Shown here: positions 34,779-35,651 of the stretch, in pieces
Numbering within the stretch: the first letter of the stretch is position 1
Layout: each line of letters opens with the position of its first letter
Virus record (IMG/VR): IMGVR_UViG_3300020045_011719
Location: 1-35,651 of that record
DNA from: a virus
Taxonomy: Duplodnaviria > Caudoviricetes
DNA: 35,651 bases
Strand: one strand, 5' to 3'
The notes under the pieces: generated by a model
Databases searched by the model: none
What the model was told of the DNA's origin: nothing
Seen by the model: only the letters and a program-made list of their open reading frames with translations
Position numbers and translations under genes: made by a program

Positions 34779-35651
34779 AATACCTATTACTGTTTTTATC
34801 GATAAGTGCATACGCACAACAGACTATAAAAGATTTGACTGTCCAGAACTTTAAAGTTGTAAGCACGACAAAGGCATCTAAGCCATGCCCTAATATGACA
34901 ACGACTCAAAGGAATGCTCTTGCCTCTCTCGAGGTTGGTCGTTGCGTTTATAATACGACAACACTGAGACTTAACCTATACAATGGATCGAGTTGGGTTG
35001 AGGTTATCCCTGGTGTTAGTGATCACACATTGCTAACCAATATTGGTACAAATACACACGCCCAAATAGATACTCACATTGCTAGCACTTCTAATCCTCA
35101 TAGCACTACTAAGTCACAAGTTGGTCTTTCCAACGTGGTCAATTTAGACACATCCACAACGACAAACATAACAGATGCTACCAATAAAAGGTTTGTTACA
35201 GACGCTCAATTGGCACTCATCGGGGCGATTCCAAAAAGAGCAATCATAAGAGACGTTAAGGCCAACGGAACAGACGGTGGTGGATCAACCGCCTCAACTC
35301 ATAACGAAAGAGTCCTTAATGACTTAACAGATCCGTACTCAATCGTTACAAGCTTAAGTGCAAATAGATTTATTCTTCCGGCCGCCACGTACTGGGTTAG
35401 AGCATGTGCCCCTTGTTATGGGTGTAATACTCATAAAATAAGACTTAGAAATATTAGTGATGGGACATCTATTATCATTGGTCAGTCAGCTTATGCGGAT
35501 GCCACTGGTGGAGGACAAAGCTTTTCATGTCTTACTGGTCAATTCACATTAGCAGCCGCAAAGACATTAGCGATCCAGCACTATACAAGCAGAACACAAT
35601 CAACCAATGGCTTTGGAACTGCTACTGGAAGTGGAGATTCTGAAATTTACA
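34775..35651 (+). CDS. tail-fibre-like protein with predicted signal peptide (3'-truncated, not in ORF track)
   Basis: Open for 292 codons to the window end: MKYLLLFLSISAYAQQ...PNMTTTQRNAL...VYNTTT...YNGSSW...HIASTSNPHSTTKSQVGLSNV...RDVKANGTDGG...FILPAATY...GDSEIY. ATGA overlap with the upstream gene. Confidence 0.8.
   Translation, partial: MKYLLLFLSISAYAQQTIKDLTVQNFKVVSTTKASKPCPNMTTTQRNALASLEVGRCVYNTTTLRLNLYNGSSWVEVIPGVSDHTLLTNIGTNTHAQIDTHIASTSNPHSTTKSQVGLSNVVNLDTSTTTNITDATNKRFVTDAQLALIGAIPKRAIIRDVKANGTDGGGSTASTHNERVLNDLTDPYSIVTSLSANRFILPAATYWVRACAPCYGCNTHKIRLRNISDGTSIIIGQSAYADATGGGQSFSCLTGQFTLAAAKTLAIQHYTSRTQSTNGFGTATGSGDSEIY

Noticed and set aside
1-35651. Alternative genetic code / stop-codon reassignment
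   Set aside because: TAA, TAG and TGA all terminate well-defined genes, and coding density is high under the standard code.
1-35651. Host assignment to Bdellovibrionota
   Set aside because: The low GC and the style of the signal peptides are suggestive, but nothing in the sequence establishes it. Only a Gram-negative host is supported.

Overview
The window looks like an essentially complete, circularly permuted genome (about 35.7 kb, AT-rich, standard genetic code) of a tailed dsDNA phage with a long non-contractile tail (siphovirus-type). It has five modules. (1) Tail tip and lysis genes at 1-5.5 kb, continuing the tail genes at 33-35.6 kb. (2) A leftward accessory/early block of small genes at 6.7-9.9 kb. 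(3) A rightward recombination/replication block at 9.9-16.3 kb (Cro-like HTH, Sak4-like ATPase, SSB-like protein, DEDDh exonuclease, VRR-NUC, SF2 helicase, Toprim primase-helicase), followed by an AT-rich putative origin. (4) Packaging and head genes at 17.6-23 kb. (5) Fibre/decoration, neck and tail genes at 23-35.6 kb. I found no integrase, DNA polymerase, tRNA, CRISPR array or reverse transcriptase. Spanin-like lipoproteins imply a Gram-negative host. The most unusual observations are: a two-gene cassette (Sm/LSm-like protein plus a Ser-Arg/Trp dipeptide-repeat peptide) bracketed by a 16-bp direct repeat; a terminase large subunit whose Walker A motif is split by a +1 frame change at TCC-AGG-C; a tail-fibre-like protein with an apparent Sec signal peptide; and two fibre proteins sharing an SIIN(A/S)LIFG C-terminus. 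All functional calls come from motif recognition and gene order by eye; no database search was run.
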